Sequence record: NC_070952.1
Strand: one strand, 5' to 3'
Length of the DNA stretch: 64,000 bases
Shown here piece by piece: positions 8,852 to 17,324 of the stretch; within the stretch, counting starts at the first letter, position 1; the number at the start of each line of letters is the position of its first letter. The notes beneath the pieces were generated by a model. That model did no database searches, was not told the origin of the DNA, and saw only the letters and a list, made by a program, of their open reading frames with translations. The translations under genes were made by a program, and so were the position numbers.

Positions 8852-9212
8852 TATCACCGTAGACCGCATTGCGCGTGCTAACGATGTGTATGAAGATCTT
8901 GTTCGTATGGATCAATTGTTTCTGACCCACATGAAAAACCATAAGCGTAAATGGATGCTGTCGCTTAACCTCGTCAGCTATCTCCTTTTATTCTTTCGCA
9001 TTACCAAGTTTGAGCACGAAGGTGCCAAGCTTCTGACCATCCTGGCAGATACGGCAGACTTTAATGTCGCGCATGACTTACTGTGCGAGTTTAATGATCT
9101 GTTAAACGACTTTAAACCAACATTCATTGAGTACATGGATTTAGCACGTCTTAATCCCGCCGAAGACTCAACTGACTTATTCAACATTTATACCTACGGA
9201 GGTGAAGTATGA
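8838..9212 (+). CDS. Hypothetical helical protein
   Basis: 124-aa ORF, AAGGAG SD. Confidence 0.7.
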   Translation: MITNDITVDRIARANDVYEDLVRMDQLFLTHMKNHKRKWMLSLNLVSYLLLFFRITKFEHEGAKLLTILADTADFNVAHDLLCEFNDLLNDFKPTFIEYMDLARLNPAEDSTDLFNIYTYGGEV

Positions 9213-9649
9213 AAGCAATTCCTGATTTAGAAGCACCGATGGCATTGGCTGAACAACGTATCTTGGCTCAGGCGGTATTAATCTCTGTGAGTATCGATCG
9301 TTTAAAGTACCTGGTTGAACACTTTCAGACGCACAAAGGTCTGGGTCCAATCAAGAGCATTCGTCGTGCTCATGCCAAAGCTTCTTTAGCTGCCCTAGAA
9401 CCTCTTCTGGCGCGTGGTTCGGAATTCCAGCAGACGTACATCGCTGTTAAGAATAAAGACAACACAGGTGATCTGGCGAGACTTGGATACCTGTATGTCG
9501 TGATGCTTGAGGAATTTAAATCTCACGTCATTACAGCATTCTGTTATGAAGAGGCGGCTAATCGTTATCACACGGAACCCGGTGACCAGGCTTGGGAATG
9601 GATGACTAGCGGTTTAATTGTACCAGGACTTAAATCCTACGGAAAATAA
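9209..9649 (+). CDS. Hypothetical helical protein
   Basis: 146-aa ORF, GGAGGT SD, ATGA overlap. Confidence 0.7.
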   Translation: MKAIPDLEAPMALAEQRILAQAVLISVSIDRLKYLVEHFQTHKGLGPIKSIRRAHAKASLAALEPLLARGSEFQQTYIAVKNKDNTGDLARLGYLYVVMLEEFKSHVITAFCYEEAANRYHTEPGDQAWEWMTSGLIVPGLKSYGK

Positions 9650-9662
9650 ACCTGGAGTCAAC

Positions 9663-10190
9663 ATGGGCAATACAGTTTGTTGGGCTGATTTACATCTCGA
9701 CCACCTTAAGGCAGCCAAAGCCAGGGGATTCGATACTTTAAAGGAATACCAAGAAAAGGTACAAGATGCGTGGAATGACATTGTTACTCCCCGTACCACT
9801 GTTATCTTAGTAGGTGATTCTGCGCTGTACTATGACGGGTTGGCTATGATTAAGAAACTTCCTGGCAAGAAGGTCCTTATTCTGGGCAATCATGACATTG
9901 AACGGGATAATGACATCCGTGATGTGTTGGAGGTCTATGACCGTGTGGAGGGGCTCTGGAAGCACCGTAAAGGGCTTTGGTTTGGTCATGCTCCATTACA
10001 CCCTTCTCAACTTCGCGGACGCCGTCAGGTCCATGGACACACACATGAAACGATTATCCAAGATGAACGCTATATTAATGTGTGTTGGGATCATCTTAAA
10101 GAAGGTCCGGTTGATCTGGAAAAGATTCTTACTGGTGAGTATCGGACCTACCGTAAACCTGAATTGGTAAGAGAGCAAGTCAATGGATAA
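9663..10190 (+). CDS. Calcineurin-like metallophosphoesterase
   Basis: Motifs WADLHLDH, VGDS, GNHD, GHAP, HGHTH; start MGNTV after GGAG SD. Confidence 0.9.
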   Translation: MGNTVCWADLHLDHLKAAKARGFDTLKEYQEKVQDAWNDIVTPRTTVILVGDSALYYDGLAMIKKLPGKKVLILGNHDIERDNDIRDVLEVYDRVEGLWKHRKGLWFGHAPLHPSQLRGRRQVHGHTHETIIQDERYINVCWDHLKEGPVDLEKILTGEYRTYRKPELVREQVNG

Positions 10191-10401
10191 ATTAATACGG
10201 GTAGTGAACGGTCTCTTTATCGCGATTTACGTTATTGTCGGTTTAGGGACGTCTCTTCTTTTTATGTTCAGAGGGGTCAATGAAGAACTCGGTTTTCATT
10301 ACATAGAGATCTGTGCACCTTGGATCGTGCGTGGTTTGATTACTACTCTTTTTCTTCATCTTTGTCTTACCATTTATCGCAATAAGAGAGCGGACTTGTG
10401 A
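10183..10401 (+). CDS. Small 2-TM membrane protein 1
   Basis: 72 aa, two hydrophobic segments, basic C-terminal tail. Confidence 0.7.
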   Translation: MDKLIRVVNGLFIAIYVIVGLGTSLLFMFRGVNEELGFHYIEICAPWIVRGLITTLFLHLCLTIYRNKRADL

Positions 10402-10628
10402 AGGTATCACTGACGAAGTTACTGCACATGTTGTTGATCAAGTTATATTGGGCAGCAGCATCGGTTTGGGTTTTCATTCTGTTAGTGGGAATGATGACAG
10501 GTGCCGGGCGTTGGACTATTGACATGATTGAAAAAATCAATCCTGTTATCGTTACAATTGTCATTGTCGGCGTTGTTCATTGGGTGATTCTTTATCGTAA
10601 GGAAAAGAAGCGTGATTCGTCAAACTAA
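10398..10628 (+). CDS. Small 2-TM membrane protein 2
   Basis: 76 aa, two hydrophobic segments, RKEKKR tail. Confidence 0.7.
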   Translation: MKVSLTKLLHMLLIKLYWAAASVWVFILLVGMMTGAGRWTIDMIEKINPVIVTIVIVGVVHWVILYRKEKKRDSSN

Positions 10629-10836
10629 ACGTGATGTTGCTGCAAAGGCCAGATTTGCAATTGCTTTATTAATTGCGCTGGTTGCTATACTGGGAATAAT
10701 GGTGTCAGATACTGACAAATATCCAGCAGAATTTAAACTGGTTCTTCAGGTTTTATTTTCTGTGTACTGTGTTGCTCATGGGTATATCATGGGCTGGGAT
10801 GCTAACAAGAAACCCTCTATTTTAAAAGGTCCTTAA
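10612..10836 (+). CDS. Small 2-TM membrane protein 3
   Basis: 74 aa, two hydrophobic segments. Confidence 0.7.
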   Translation: MIRQTKRDVAAKARFAIALLIALVAILGIMVSDTDKYPAEFKLVLQVLFSVYCVAHGYIMGWDANKKPSILKGP

Positions 10837-11064
10837 ATGGGACGTTTTATTGTAGAACTGATAGACCAAGCTGTTGCAATGATAGTCATAATCACTATTA
10901 TATTAACATTCGCTTGGCCGTTTACACCTGACGGTTTCTGGTCTACTAAACTAAAGTATCTTTGGCTTGGAACCATTACTGGATTGGTATGGGTATTCCT
11001 ACCTATCACTATTGAATTTGTAAGAGCAGTTTATAAAGATTGGAAGGTAACGAAATGGAAATAG
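10837..11064 (+). CDS. Small 2-TM membrane protein 4
   Basis: 75 aa, two hydrophobic segments. Confidence 0.7.
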   Translation: MGRFIVELIDQAVAMIVIITIILTFAWPFTPDGFWSTKLKYLWLGTITGLVWVFLPITIEFVRAVYKDWKVTKWK

Positions 11065-11264
11065 AAACCTGGCAGCTATTTCTCCTTCTCTTTGCCGCAA
11101 TTTCTCTAGTCTTAGCGATTGCGATAAGGGTATGGAATAGTCTACACTGGTCAGATCAAAATAAGATTAAAGAGAAGGCTATGATCTATGGCGTCTTTAT
11201 TGTACTTACCAGTGCGGCCGCTTATATCATAGCGTCCATTATTAAATGGAACATGACTCATTAG
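11055..11264 (+). CDS. Small 2-TM membrane protein 5
   Basis: Start MEIETWQ after AAGGT SD; two hydrophobic segments. Confidence 0.7.
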   Translation: MEIETWQLFLLLFAAISLVLAIAIRVWNSLHWSDQNKIKEKAMIYGVFIVLTSAAAYIIASIIKWNMTH

Positions 11265-11272
11265 GAGCTGAT

Positions 11273-12454
11273 GTGAAAAATAAATACGAAAAGTGGTACA
11301 TGGAAACTTTGGCTTATATCTTAGCCAATGGTCAGCGTCGTGGTGACCGTACCGGTACGGGTGTTATCTCCATGCCGAACATTCATTACACGCACGATCT
11401 TCGTGAGAACTATCCGGTAATGTTCAGTCGTTACTTCAATATCTTCCAGCCCATTACTGAAATGAATTGGATGATGTCAGGTAGTTCTAATATCCAATAC
11501 CTGAAAGACAACGGTTGTCCTTTCTGGAATGGCTTTGCTACCAAAGACGACATGGTTAACAAGATTGAACTTAATCGTGTTGAACGTTTGAAAATCCACG
11601 CTAACGATCGCGGCGTGCCGTTCACAGAGATGATGGCGGCGATGGCGGTTGTACCTGTAGCAGAAATTGATGAACTTCTGGATAAACACGAAGTTCCTAA
11701 CATGGTTGACGAGAAAGTCCCAAATGGTGAACTGGGACCTGTCTACGGCGTGATGTGGCGTAACTGGCCTAATCCTGACGGTACAACGTTTGATCAGCTC
11801 CAGTATGCGTTTGATGTTCTTAAACGTGATCCTAACAGTCGTCGTGTGGTTGTGGATTGCTGGAACCCATCGTTCTTACCGGATCCAAAGATCTCTCCTC
11901 GTGAGAATGCTGCTAAAGGAAATATGGCTTTAACTCCATGTCACTTTAACTTCGGCTTCTATACTTGGGAACTTTCTCCCCAAGAACGCTATGGGCTTCT
12001 TCCTACTCTTCATGAAGGAGAACTTACTGATAAGATCTTCATGAGACCTGGGGAAATAGAAGATAACTGGGATAACTTGTATAAGGAATACAACATTCCT
12101 ACTCACTATCTGGACATCAGCTTTACGATGCGCAGCAATGACTGGGTGCTGGGTCAGCCGGCTAACATGAATATGTATTCAGCTTTACTGATGATGTTCG
12201 CTCAGCAACTGAATATGATTCCACGTTATGTTAACTACTGGGGTTGGGATTCTCATATCTACACCAACCATCTGGAAGGCGTGGCTGAACTTATTCGACG
12301 TTGGGATACTGGCGAGTACAATGATCTTGAACTCAAGCTGGATCTGAATAAGAAGCAGGATCTCTACAGCTATCACCACACCGACTTCATTCCTGTCACT
12401 GATGCGTTTGAACTGTTGATGGGTGAACGAATCAAATTCCCTATTGCCATCTAA
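11273..12454 (+). CDS. thyA: Thymidylate synthase with large insertions
   Basis: RGDRTGTG, GPVYGVMWR, MALTPCHF (catalytic Cys), MRSNDWVLGQPAN, DSHIYTNH; GTG start after AGGAG. Confidence 0.96.
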   Translation: MKNKYEKWYMETLAYILANGQRRGDRTGTGVISMPNIHYTHDLRENYPVMFSRYFNIFQPITEMNWMMSGSSNIQYLKDNGCPFWNGFATKDDMVNKIELNRVERLKIHANDRGVPFTEMMAAMAVVPVAEIDELLDKHEVPNMVDEKVPNGELGPVYGVMWRNWPNPDGTTFDQLQYAFDVLKRDPNSRRVVVDCWNPSFLPDPKISPRENAAKGNMALTPCHFNFGFYTWELSPQERYGLLPTLHEGELTDKIFMRPGEIEDNWDNLYKEYNIPTHYLDISFTMRSNDWVLGQPANMNMYSALLMMFAQQLNMIPRYVNYWGWDSHIYTNHLEGVAELIRRWDTGEYNDLELKLDLNKKQDLYSYHHTDFIPVTDAFELLMGERIKFPIAI

Positions 12455-12468
12455 GGATATATACATAT

Positions 12469-12855
12469 ATGGAAGCTCAACAATTTATTAATATCGCTGG
12501 TGTGGGTCACATCCAGGGAGTGTTATCAGGTCTGTTAGATGATAAGGGTATTGAACATGAAGTCAAAATTGATGGCATGTTCGGTCCTGCAACTATCGAA
12601 GGTCTGGAGCTGGCCGTTAAAATAGGTTGGCGGGTTAACTTACCTCCTTTTGTTGATAAACGCGCATTCACCTCTAATGCCGATTATGAACTGGGGATTG
12701 AGGTCTTCCAAATGTGGTATGAATACGCCCGTAATTATCTTCTTGCTAATCATGAGAAGAAAGCATCGTTATGGAAACCAGGACATGTGGATGGTAAGTG
12801 GAGCGATAAAACTATGTTGATGCTCGTAATCATTGTAGCTGGTTTAGTAAATTAA
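12469..12855 (+). CDS. Stand-alone peptidoglycan-binding-domain-like protein
   Basis: Two PGBD-like motifs (IQGVL...IDGMFGPATIEGL; FQMWY...VDGKWSDKT); no catalytic domain. Confidence 0.6.
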   Translation: MEAQQFINIAGVGHIQGVLSGLLDDKGIEHEVKIDGMFGPATIEGLELAVKIGWRVNLPPFVDKRAFTSNADYELGIEVFQMWYEYARNYLLANHEKKASLWKPGHVDGKWSDKTMLMLVIIVAGLVN

Positions 12856-12862
12856 GTCTCAT

Positions 12863-12894
12863 CTTCCTACTCTTCCTAACGGGAGAGTAGGAGG
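12863..12894 (+). terminator. Hairpin terminator (CTACTC/GAGTAG family)
   Basis: TCCTACTCTTCC-taac-GGGAGAGTAGGA. Confidence 0.7.
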
Positions 12895-12918
12895 GTTCAG
12901 ATTTAGTTGGAAAGGATT

Positions 12919-12947
12919 TCAGACATATATAATTACAGTGTATAAAC
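12919..12947 (+). promoter_or_regulatory. Phage promoter motif, copy 3
   Basis: TCAGACATATATAATTACAGTGTATAAAC. Confidence 0.7.
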
Positions 12948-12980
12948 AATAACTGTTTAATTAAATTCAAGGATATCACT

Positions 12981-13310
12981 ATGTACAACTATGCTGAAGT
13001 AAACCATTTCAATACCCGTAACAACGACGGCGTTGCATTCATGCTGAAGACTCTGTCTAAGTTCGATGCTAACGTTACTAAAGAAGAAACCATTGGCTAC
13101 ACTGCAATGGCTGTTCTGAAAACTCTGGCGCGTAAAGTGTTCGGTGCTCTGCCACTGTTCCGTACTCGCATCACTGCTTCTGGTGTTGAAACTTTCCAGG
13201 CTTGGTATAACGACCTGGCTGAAGTTAACAACATGAAAAGCCTGCGCGCTACTGGTGTCTGGGATGAAGCTACTGCAGCTGCATTCAACAGCATCGTAAT
13301 GGCGGCTTAA
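12981..13310 (+). CDS. PGBD-like small protein, paralog of 12469..12855, probably highly expressed
   Basis: GVETFQAWY...LRATGVWDEATAAAF; strongly biased codons (GCT/ACT/CTG/AAC/TTC). Confidence 0.65.
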   Translation: MYNYAEVNHFNTRNNDGVAFMLKTLSKFDANVTKEETIGYTAMAVLKTLARKVFGALPLFRTRITASGVETFQAWYNDLAEVNNMKSLRATGVWDEATAAAFNSIVMAA

Positions 13311-13414
13311 TGAAACGCAAATCAATTGCATCGGCAACTTAAGGGATTAACCTTATACTGTCGGTGCAATTGAATGTTTATCTATCTAAATTTTTTTGTT
13401 CTGAGGAACTATAA

Positions 13415-14092
13415 ATGAGTAAAGTATTATTGGCATTGGACATGGACGATACACTGTGCGATACCCAGGAAGAAGTGGTTATTCGTCTGCGTCGCAAACT
13501 TTACGACACGGCAGCTTGGGATGATCTTAAATGGGTTTATGATTCTGTCCATGCTAATCGTAAACACGGTACCCATTCTACCATGCTGTATCCGCCACAT
13601 CTTCGTGATATCATTAATAAAGACATCATCCAGGAAGGCGGTTATGTTAAAACAGTTAAACCCACCAAACTGATCACCGATGGTGAGTTTGTAAAAATGT
13701 TGTATCGACTGCGTGATGTGTTAGCTGACGATTTAACAACTGTTATTGCCACCCATCGCAATAATGAACAAGAGGTGTATCAGGGAACAGTAGACTGGTT
13801 AGATGGTGTCGATTTCTCTAAACATCTTAATGATCTTCATTTCATCGACAGCCGAGAATACAGTAACAAGATTGAGTATTTAAAAATGCTGTACCCTGAG
13901 CATGAGATTCTGTTGCTGGATGATAACCCATTCGGTAATCTCCAGACTGTCCACCATCCGCATGAATCTGTTTTGGTGTATGAAGGTCTATGCACCTACG
14001 ACGCTTATAAACATCAGAACAAATTCAGGTCCGTTAATGCGCTTGGAAATATGATCATAGATTTTTCCGGACGGGATGATAATGAAAAATAA
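13415..14092 (+). CDS. HAD-superfamily phosphatase, 5'(3')-deoxyribonucleotidase-like
   Basis: Motif I LALDMDDTL and motif IV LLLDDNP. Confidence 0.75.
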   Translation: MSKVLLALDMDDTLCDTQEEVVIRLRRKLYDTAAWDDLKWVYDSVHANRKHGTHSTMLYPPHLRDIINKDIIQEGGYVKTVKPTKLITDGEFVKMLYRLRDVLADDLTTVIATHRNNEQEVYQGTVDWLDGVDFSKHLNDLHFIDSREYSNKIEYLKMLYPEHEILLLDDNPFGNLQTVHHPHESVLVYEGLCTYDAYKHQNKFRSVNALGNMIIDFSGRDDNEK

Positions 14093-14576
14093 ACGCACGG
14101 TGACGTGGATCGTTACTAATGACGACGTCACCAAAGGCATTGCCGGAGATTGGGAGGGTGAACTCCTTACTCTCATGAATGACCTGGTTGAATACGAGGT
14201 ACAATTTCGTGACCTTCCCTTTGAGAAAGACATGAGTATGGGTAAACAGAACCGTCTCGCTGATTTTGTAACGGCGGGTGCGTATCTGGTATTCATTACT
14301 AATATCGTCACTCAAGAAGTTATCGGGACCACATTGGTGCGTCCTGTTGATTCAGGTGAGCATCGTCTTGCGTTACTTGGCTTCCTCCATATTAAGAAGA
14401 AATACCAGCGCAAAGGCTATGGTGCTCACCTTATGAACGAAGCAGAAATGATTGCCAAGAAGATGGGGTGTCATGCGATACGTCTTTCTGTCTTAGGTAA
14501 AAACAAATCGGCTAAAGAGTTCTACGGCACTCTGCTCTACTCCACCACTGAAATCTTCATGGCTAAAAGCCTTTAG
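14076..14576 (+). CDS. GNAT-family N-acetyltransferase
   Basis: LHIKKKYQRKGYGAHL, LSVLGKNKSAKEFY. Confidence 0.9.
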   Translation: MIMKNKRTVTWIVTNDDVTKGIAGDWEGELLTLMNDLVEYEVQFRDLPFEKDMSMGKQNRLADFVTAGAYLVFITNIVTQEVIGTTLVRPVDSGEHRLALLGFLHIKKKYQRKGYGAHLMNEAEMIAKKMGCHAIRLSVLGKNKSAKEFYGTLLYSTTEIFMAKSL

Positions 14577-14584
14577 GAAATATA

Positions 14585-15298
14585 ATGCCAAATTACAACA
14601 AAGTTTTAAGTTCTTACATTGCGCCAATCAGTTACTCTCTGATTCTCGCAACTGATCTGCGGGGCGCCATTGGTTTGAACAATGGTCTCCCTTGGAAAGG
14701 TATTGTTGACAATAAAGAAGACATGCAGTGGTTTCGTGACAAGACCAAAGGCAAGATCATTGTCATGGGTTATAACACCTGGGTGAGTATTGGTCGCAAA
14801 CCTTTACCCGGTCGTGTCAACATCATCATCACCGCTAATCATCGTGATGAGGTTAATCGGGACATCGGTGCGCATGTCCAGACACTCATCGCTGCTGAAA
14901 AGAATCTCCCTACTGTTTTGGTTTATGGGAATCCTCAAATCGCAGTAGATGGTATTAAAAATGGTATTGGTGATTTCCATCTGGGCGGTGAAGTTATGGT
15001 CATCGGCGGCGCTAAGATTTATGAAGCGTTCATGGAATGGACTTCCCGTATTTACTTGACCACCTTCGACTACGAGTTTGAAGCGGATACCTTTGTTAAC
15101 CTGGATCTGGATAAATGGGATCTTTGTTATCGCGATAACTTAAATACCCTAAAGCCTAAGTTTGAGGTTTGGGATTGCACAGAGGAAGCCGCTGAGCGTG
15201 CTGACCTCGATGTCATGCAAATCAGTTATGAACATAAACCGGCTGCTGGGTTCCTGGCCGAATACTACAAAGAAAAAGAGGATAAAGCGGATGTTTAA
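14585..15298 (+). CDS. folA: Dihydrofolate reductase with C-terminal extension
   Basis: AIGLNNGLPW, EDMQWF, VMGYNTW, PLPGRVNII, VIGGAKIY, ADTF. Confidence 0.95.
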   Translation: MPNYNKVLSSYIAPISYSLILATDLRGAIGLNNGLPWKGIVDNKEDMQWFRDKTKGKIIVMGYNTWVSIGRKPLPGRVNIIITANHRDEVNRDIGAHVQTLIAAEKNLPTVLVYGNPQIAVDGIKNGIGDFHLGGEVMVIGGAKIYEAFMEWTSRIYLTTFDYEFEADTFVNLDLDKWDLCYRDNLNTLKPKFEVWDCTEEAAERADLDVMQISYEHKPAAGFLAEYYKEKEDKADV

Positions 15299-15602
15299 TC
15301 TTACTCCTGAGCTGGCAGGCAAGTCAGTAGAAAACGATATCTTTTTTGCTGTTCGTAGCGGCAATGGAAAGATGGTTGTTGCCGGCCAACACGGTTCGAT
15401 GGAAGTTCCTGGTGAAGGGGTCAAGTTGGGCGAGCGTTTCTTTAATACCCCTCAGGGTGTTATCGTGCGTGCTGCTGAACTGGACGACTACCGTCGCAGA
15501 CAGACAGTGATGCTTGAAAAGACTGTTCGGGTCGGTAAGATCGCTGTGGGTAAAATTGCTTCCTATTCTCAACTGAGAAAGAAAAGCAAGAAACGTAAGT
15601 AA
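15291..15602 (+). CDS. Hypothetical protein with basic C-terminus
   Basis: Start MFNLTPEL after GAGGA SD; track ORF 15162..15602. Confidence 0.65.
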   Translation: MFNLTPELAGKSVENDIFFAVRSGNGKMVVAGQHGSMEVPGEGVKLGERFFNTPQGVIVRAAELDDYRRRQTVMLEKTVRVGKIAVGKIASYSQLRKKSKKRK

Positions 15603-15607
15603 TCTTG

Positions 15608-15631
15608 AGAGAGGGAGACATCTCCCTCTCT
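15608..15631 (+). terminator. Hairpin terminator
   Basis: AGAGAGGGAGA/TCTCCCTCTCT followed by T run. Confidence 0.6.
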
Positions 15632-15642
15632 TTACTGGGACG

Positions 15643-16026
15643 GTGAAAATGCGGACATTTATATTTGGCTTTGGTTGGGAACTGTTGGGATTCACGTTAT
15701 ATTATTTAGCTTGGGGATGGATTGCAAGCCTCCTTGAAAATAAAATAACCTGGCTTCAGAACAGAGTTATTTGGGTCGGTGCTCTTTCGGCTGCTATGCT
15801 TCATCCATTTGTGGTGAACTACATTGTGGTAGTATTCTGGACAATGATGGCGGGAACAATTCTTCTTCTATGGGGAAGAACAACCGGGGACTTTATCAAG
15901 GAAAAACTAACCTGGATAAGGGGAATCAATGCGCATCTATTACGCCTCGCTATTTTGGTTATTGCTTTTGTAATTCTGCGTAATAGTATGTTTTATTATT
16001 ATCCGGAGAAAGTTTGGTATTACTGA
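15643..16026 (+). CDS. Multi-pass membrane protein
   Basis: 127 aa, about four hydrophobic segments. Confidence 0.65.
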   Translation: MKMRTFIFGFGWELLGFTLYYLAWGWIASLLENKITWLQNRVIWVGALSAAMLHPFVVNYIVVVFWTMMAGTILLLWGRTTGDFIKEKLTWIRGINAHLLRLAILVIAFVILRNSMFYYYPEKVWYY

Positions 16027-16054
16027 TTTTTATTTATTCTCCGTTAAAATAAAA

Positions 16055-16082
16055 TCAGACAGATATTATCTAGGTGTATAAC
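16055..16082 (+). promoter_or_regulatory. Phage promoter motif, copy 4
   Basis: TCAGACAGATATTATCTAGGTGTATAAC. Confidence 0.75.
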
Positions 16083-16110
16083 TTACAATGATATTTGCTG
16101 GAGATAAACG

Positions 16111-16749
16111 ATGCCAGAAGAAAACAAAAAAGATGAAGGTCCAGGTCTTTATCAGATTTTCCTTAAAGATAAGATTACACCGGAGGGACTTGAAGATCAT
16201 TTTGAGACCCTCACTTCTTTACCTTATGGATCTAGTTTAATGATCTGGTTGAATTCTCCAGGAGGAAGCCCTCAGACCGGGTTCATGTTAGATGACAAGT
16301 TAGCTGCGAAAAATATTAATGTCACCTACATTTCCTATCTTTTTAATGCTTCTGCGGCGTGCACTCTTCCGCAGTTATCAGATGCGATACGACTCAGTTA
16401 TCCGCACTCCGTATTTACCTTCCACGGGGCAAGCATTCATGTAGGAAATCGAAGAGACCAGTTTGACATGATTGTGGGGTATGCGGCTGAATCTATCGAT
16501 CGTACCAATGATCGCTGTATGGCTAAAGTAGGGTTATCTAAGAAAGACTTTAAAAAGTTCAATGGTGACGATATTATTTTCTATGGTTACCAGCTTTTGG
16601 ATGTGGGTGAACATGGTTGGATTGATGGACTTATTTTAAAAGAACATGGAGCTGGGAAATTTCTTATCAAAACACGAGACGGAAATAAGATCATTGATGT
16701 CTCTAAACATAAACGGTCTGATATCAAAGGCCTTCCAGTGGTAGAATAA
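16111..16749 (+). CDS. ClpP-like serine protease
   Basis: WLNSPGGS, NASAA (catalytic Ser), FTFHG (His), GDDIIF..GWIDGLI (Asp region). Confidence 0.8.
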   Translation: MPEENKKDEGPGLYQIFLKDKITPEGLEDHFETLTSLPYGSSLMIWLNSPGGSPQTGFMLDDKLAAKNINVTYISYLFNASAACTLPQLSDAIRLSYPHSVFTFHGASIHVGNRRDQFDMIVGYAAESIDRTNDRCMAKVGLSKKDFKKFNGDDIIFYGYQLLDVGEHGWIDGLILKEHGAGKFLIKTRDGNKIIDVSKHKRSDIKGLPVVE

Positions 16750-16754
16750 AAATA

Positions 16755-16967
16755 ATGACCTACGTACTTTTGATTACAGCAGCTATTTTAATTATGATGT
16801 GGTTTTCAACCGGTCTCTTTACCTGGTTGAAATTCATGTGGTGTTGTGGCGAACCTTACAGTAAACGTAAAGGACTTACCCAGCACCTGAAGTACTTCGG
16901 CGTAACCTTAGGGTTGATCTTTGGTTGGCCTGTGTTTTATACCTGGTTGTGGCGTAAGACCGCATGA
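16755..16967 (+). CDS. Small 2-TM membrane protein
   Basis: 70 aa, two hydrophobic segments. Confidence 0.65.
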   Translation: MTYVLLITAAILIMMWFSTGLFTWLKFMWCCGEPYSKRKGLTQHLKYFGVTLGLIFGWPVFYTWLWRKTA

Positions 16968-17284
16968 TCGGTAAAAAGGTGCTATACACCTGTGACGGCA
17001 AAGGCGGAAGTTACGAGTTAGTTGGCGTAGCAGAAGGTGGGATTGTCGTCAATAAAAGACACAACTATGTTGAGCTGGGAAAATCAACAGGTGCTGGATT
17101 ATCTCGTGGTGAATCCATCAATGTGTTTCGATCAAAACTGGGTGGGATCTCATTCACGGTTACTGACACCGCACAATACGTTCCCTTTACTCCCAAAGTC
17201 GTTTACAAAGACACGATTACTGGTAAGTTGTTTCATCGGGAAAGCGAAGATTTCGCTACCCGGATGCTTCTTGTAGCAGAATAA
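16964..17284 (+). CDS. Small beta-rich protein (DUF1653/SH3-like pattern)
   Basis: GKGGSYELVGVA...VVYKDTITGKLFHRESEDFATRM. Confidence 0.6.
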   Translation: MIGKKVLYTCDGKGGSYELVGVAEGGIVVNKRHNYVELGKSTGAGLSRGESINVFRSKLGGISFTVTDTAQYVPFTPKVVYKDTITGKLFHRESEDFATRMLLVAE

Positions 17285-17324
17285 GATTTATTGCCCCCAT
17301 ACTTTAGAGATATAAGGAAAAGAC

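Noticed and set aside
11273-15298. thyA-HAD-GNAT-folA cluster as a modified-base (hypermodified thymidine) pathway
   Set aside because: ThyA keeps the canonical dUMP-specific Asn (GQPAN), Cys and RSND motifs, and DHFR is present as expected for ordinary thymidylate synthesis. No modifying kinase or transferase is recognisable.
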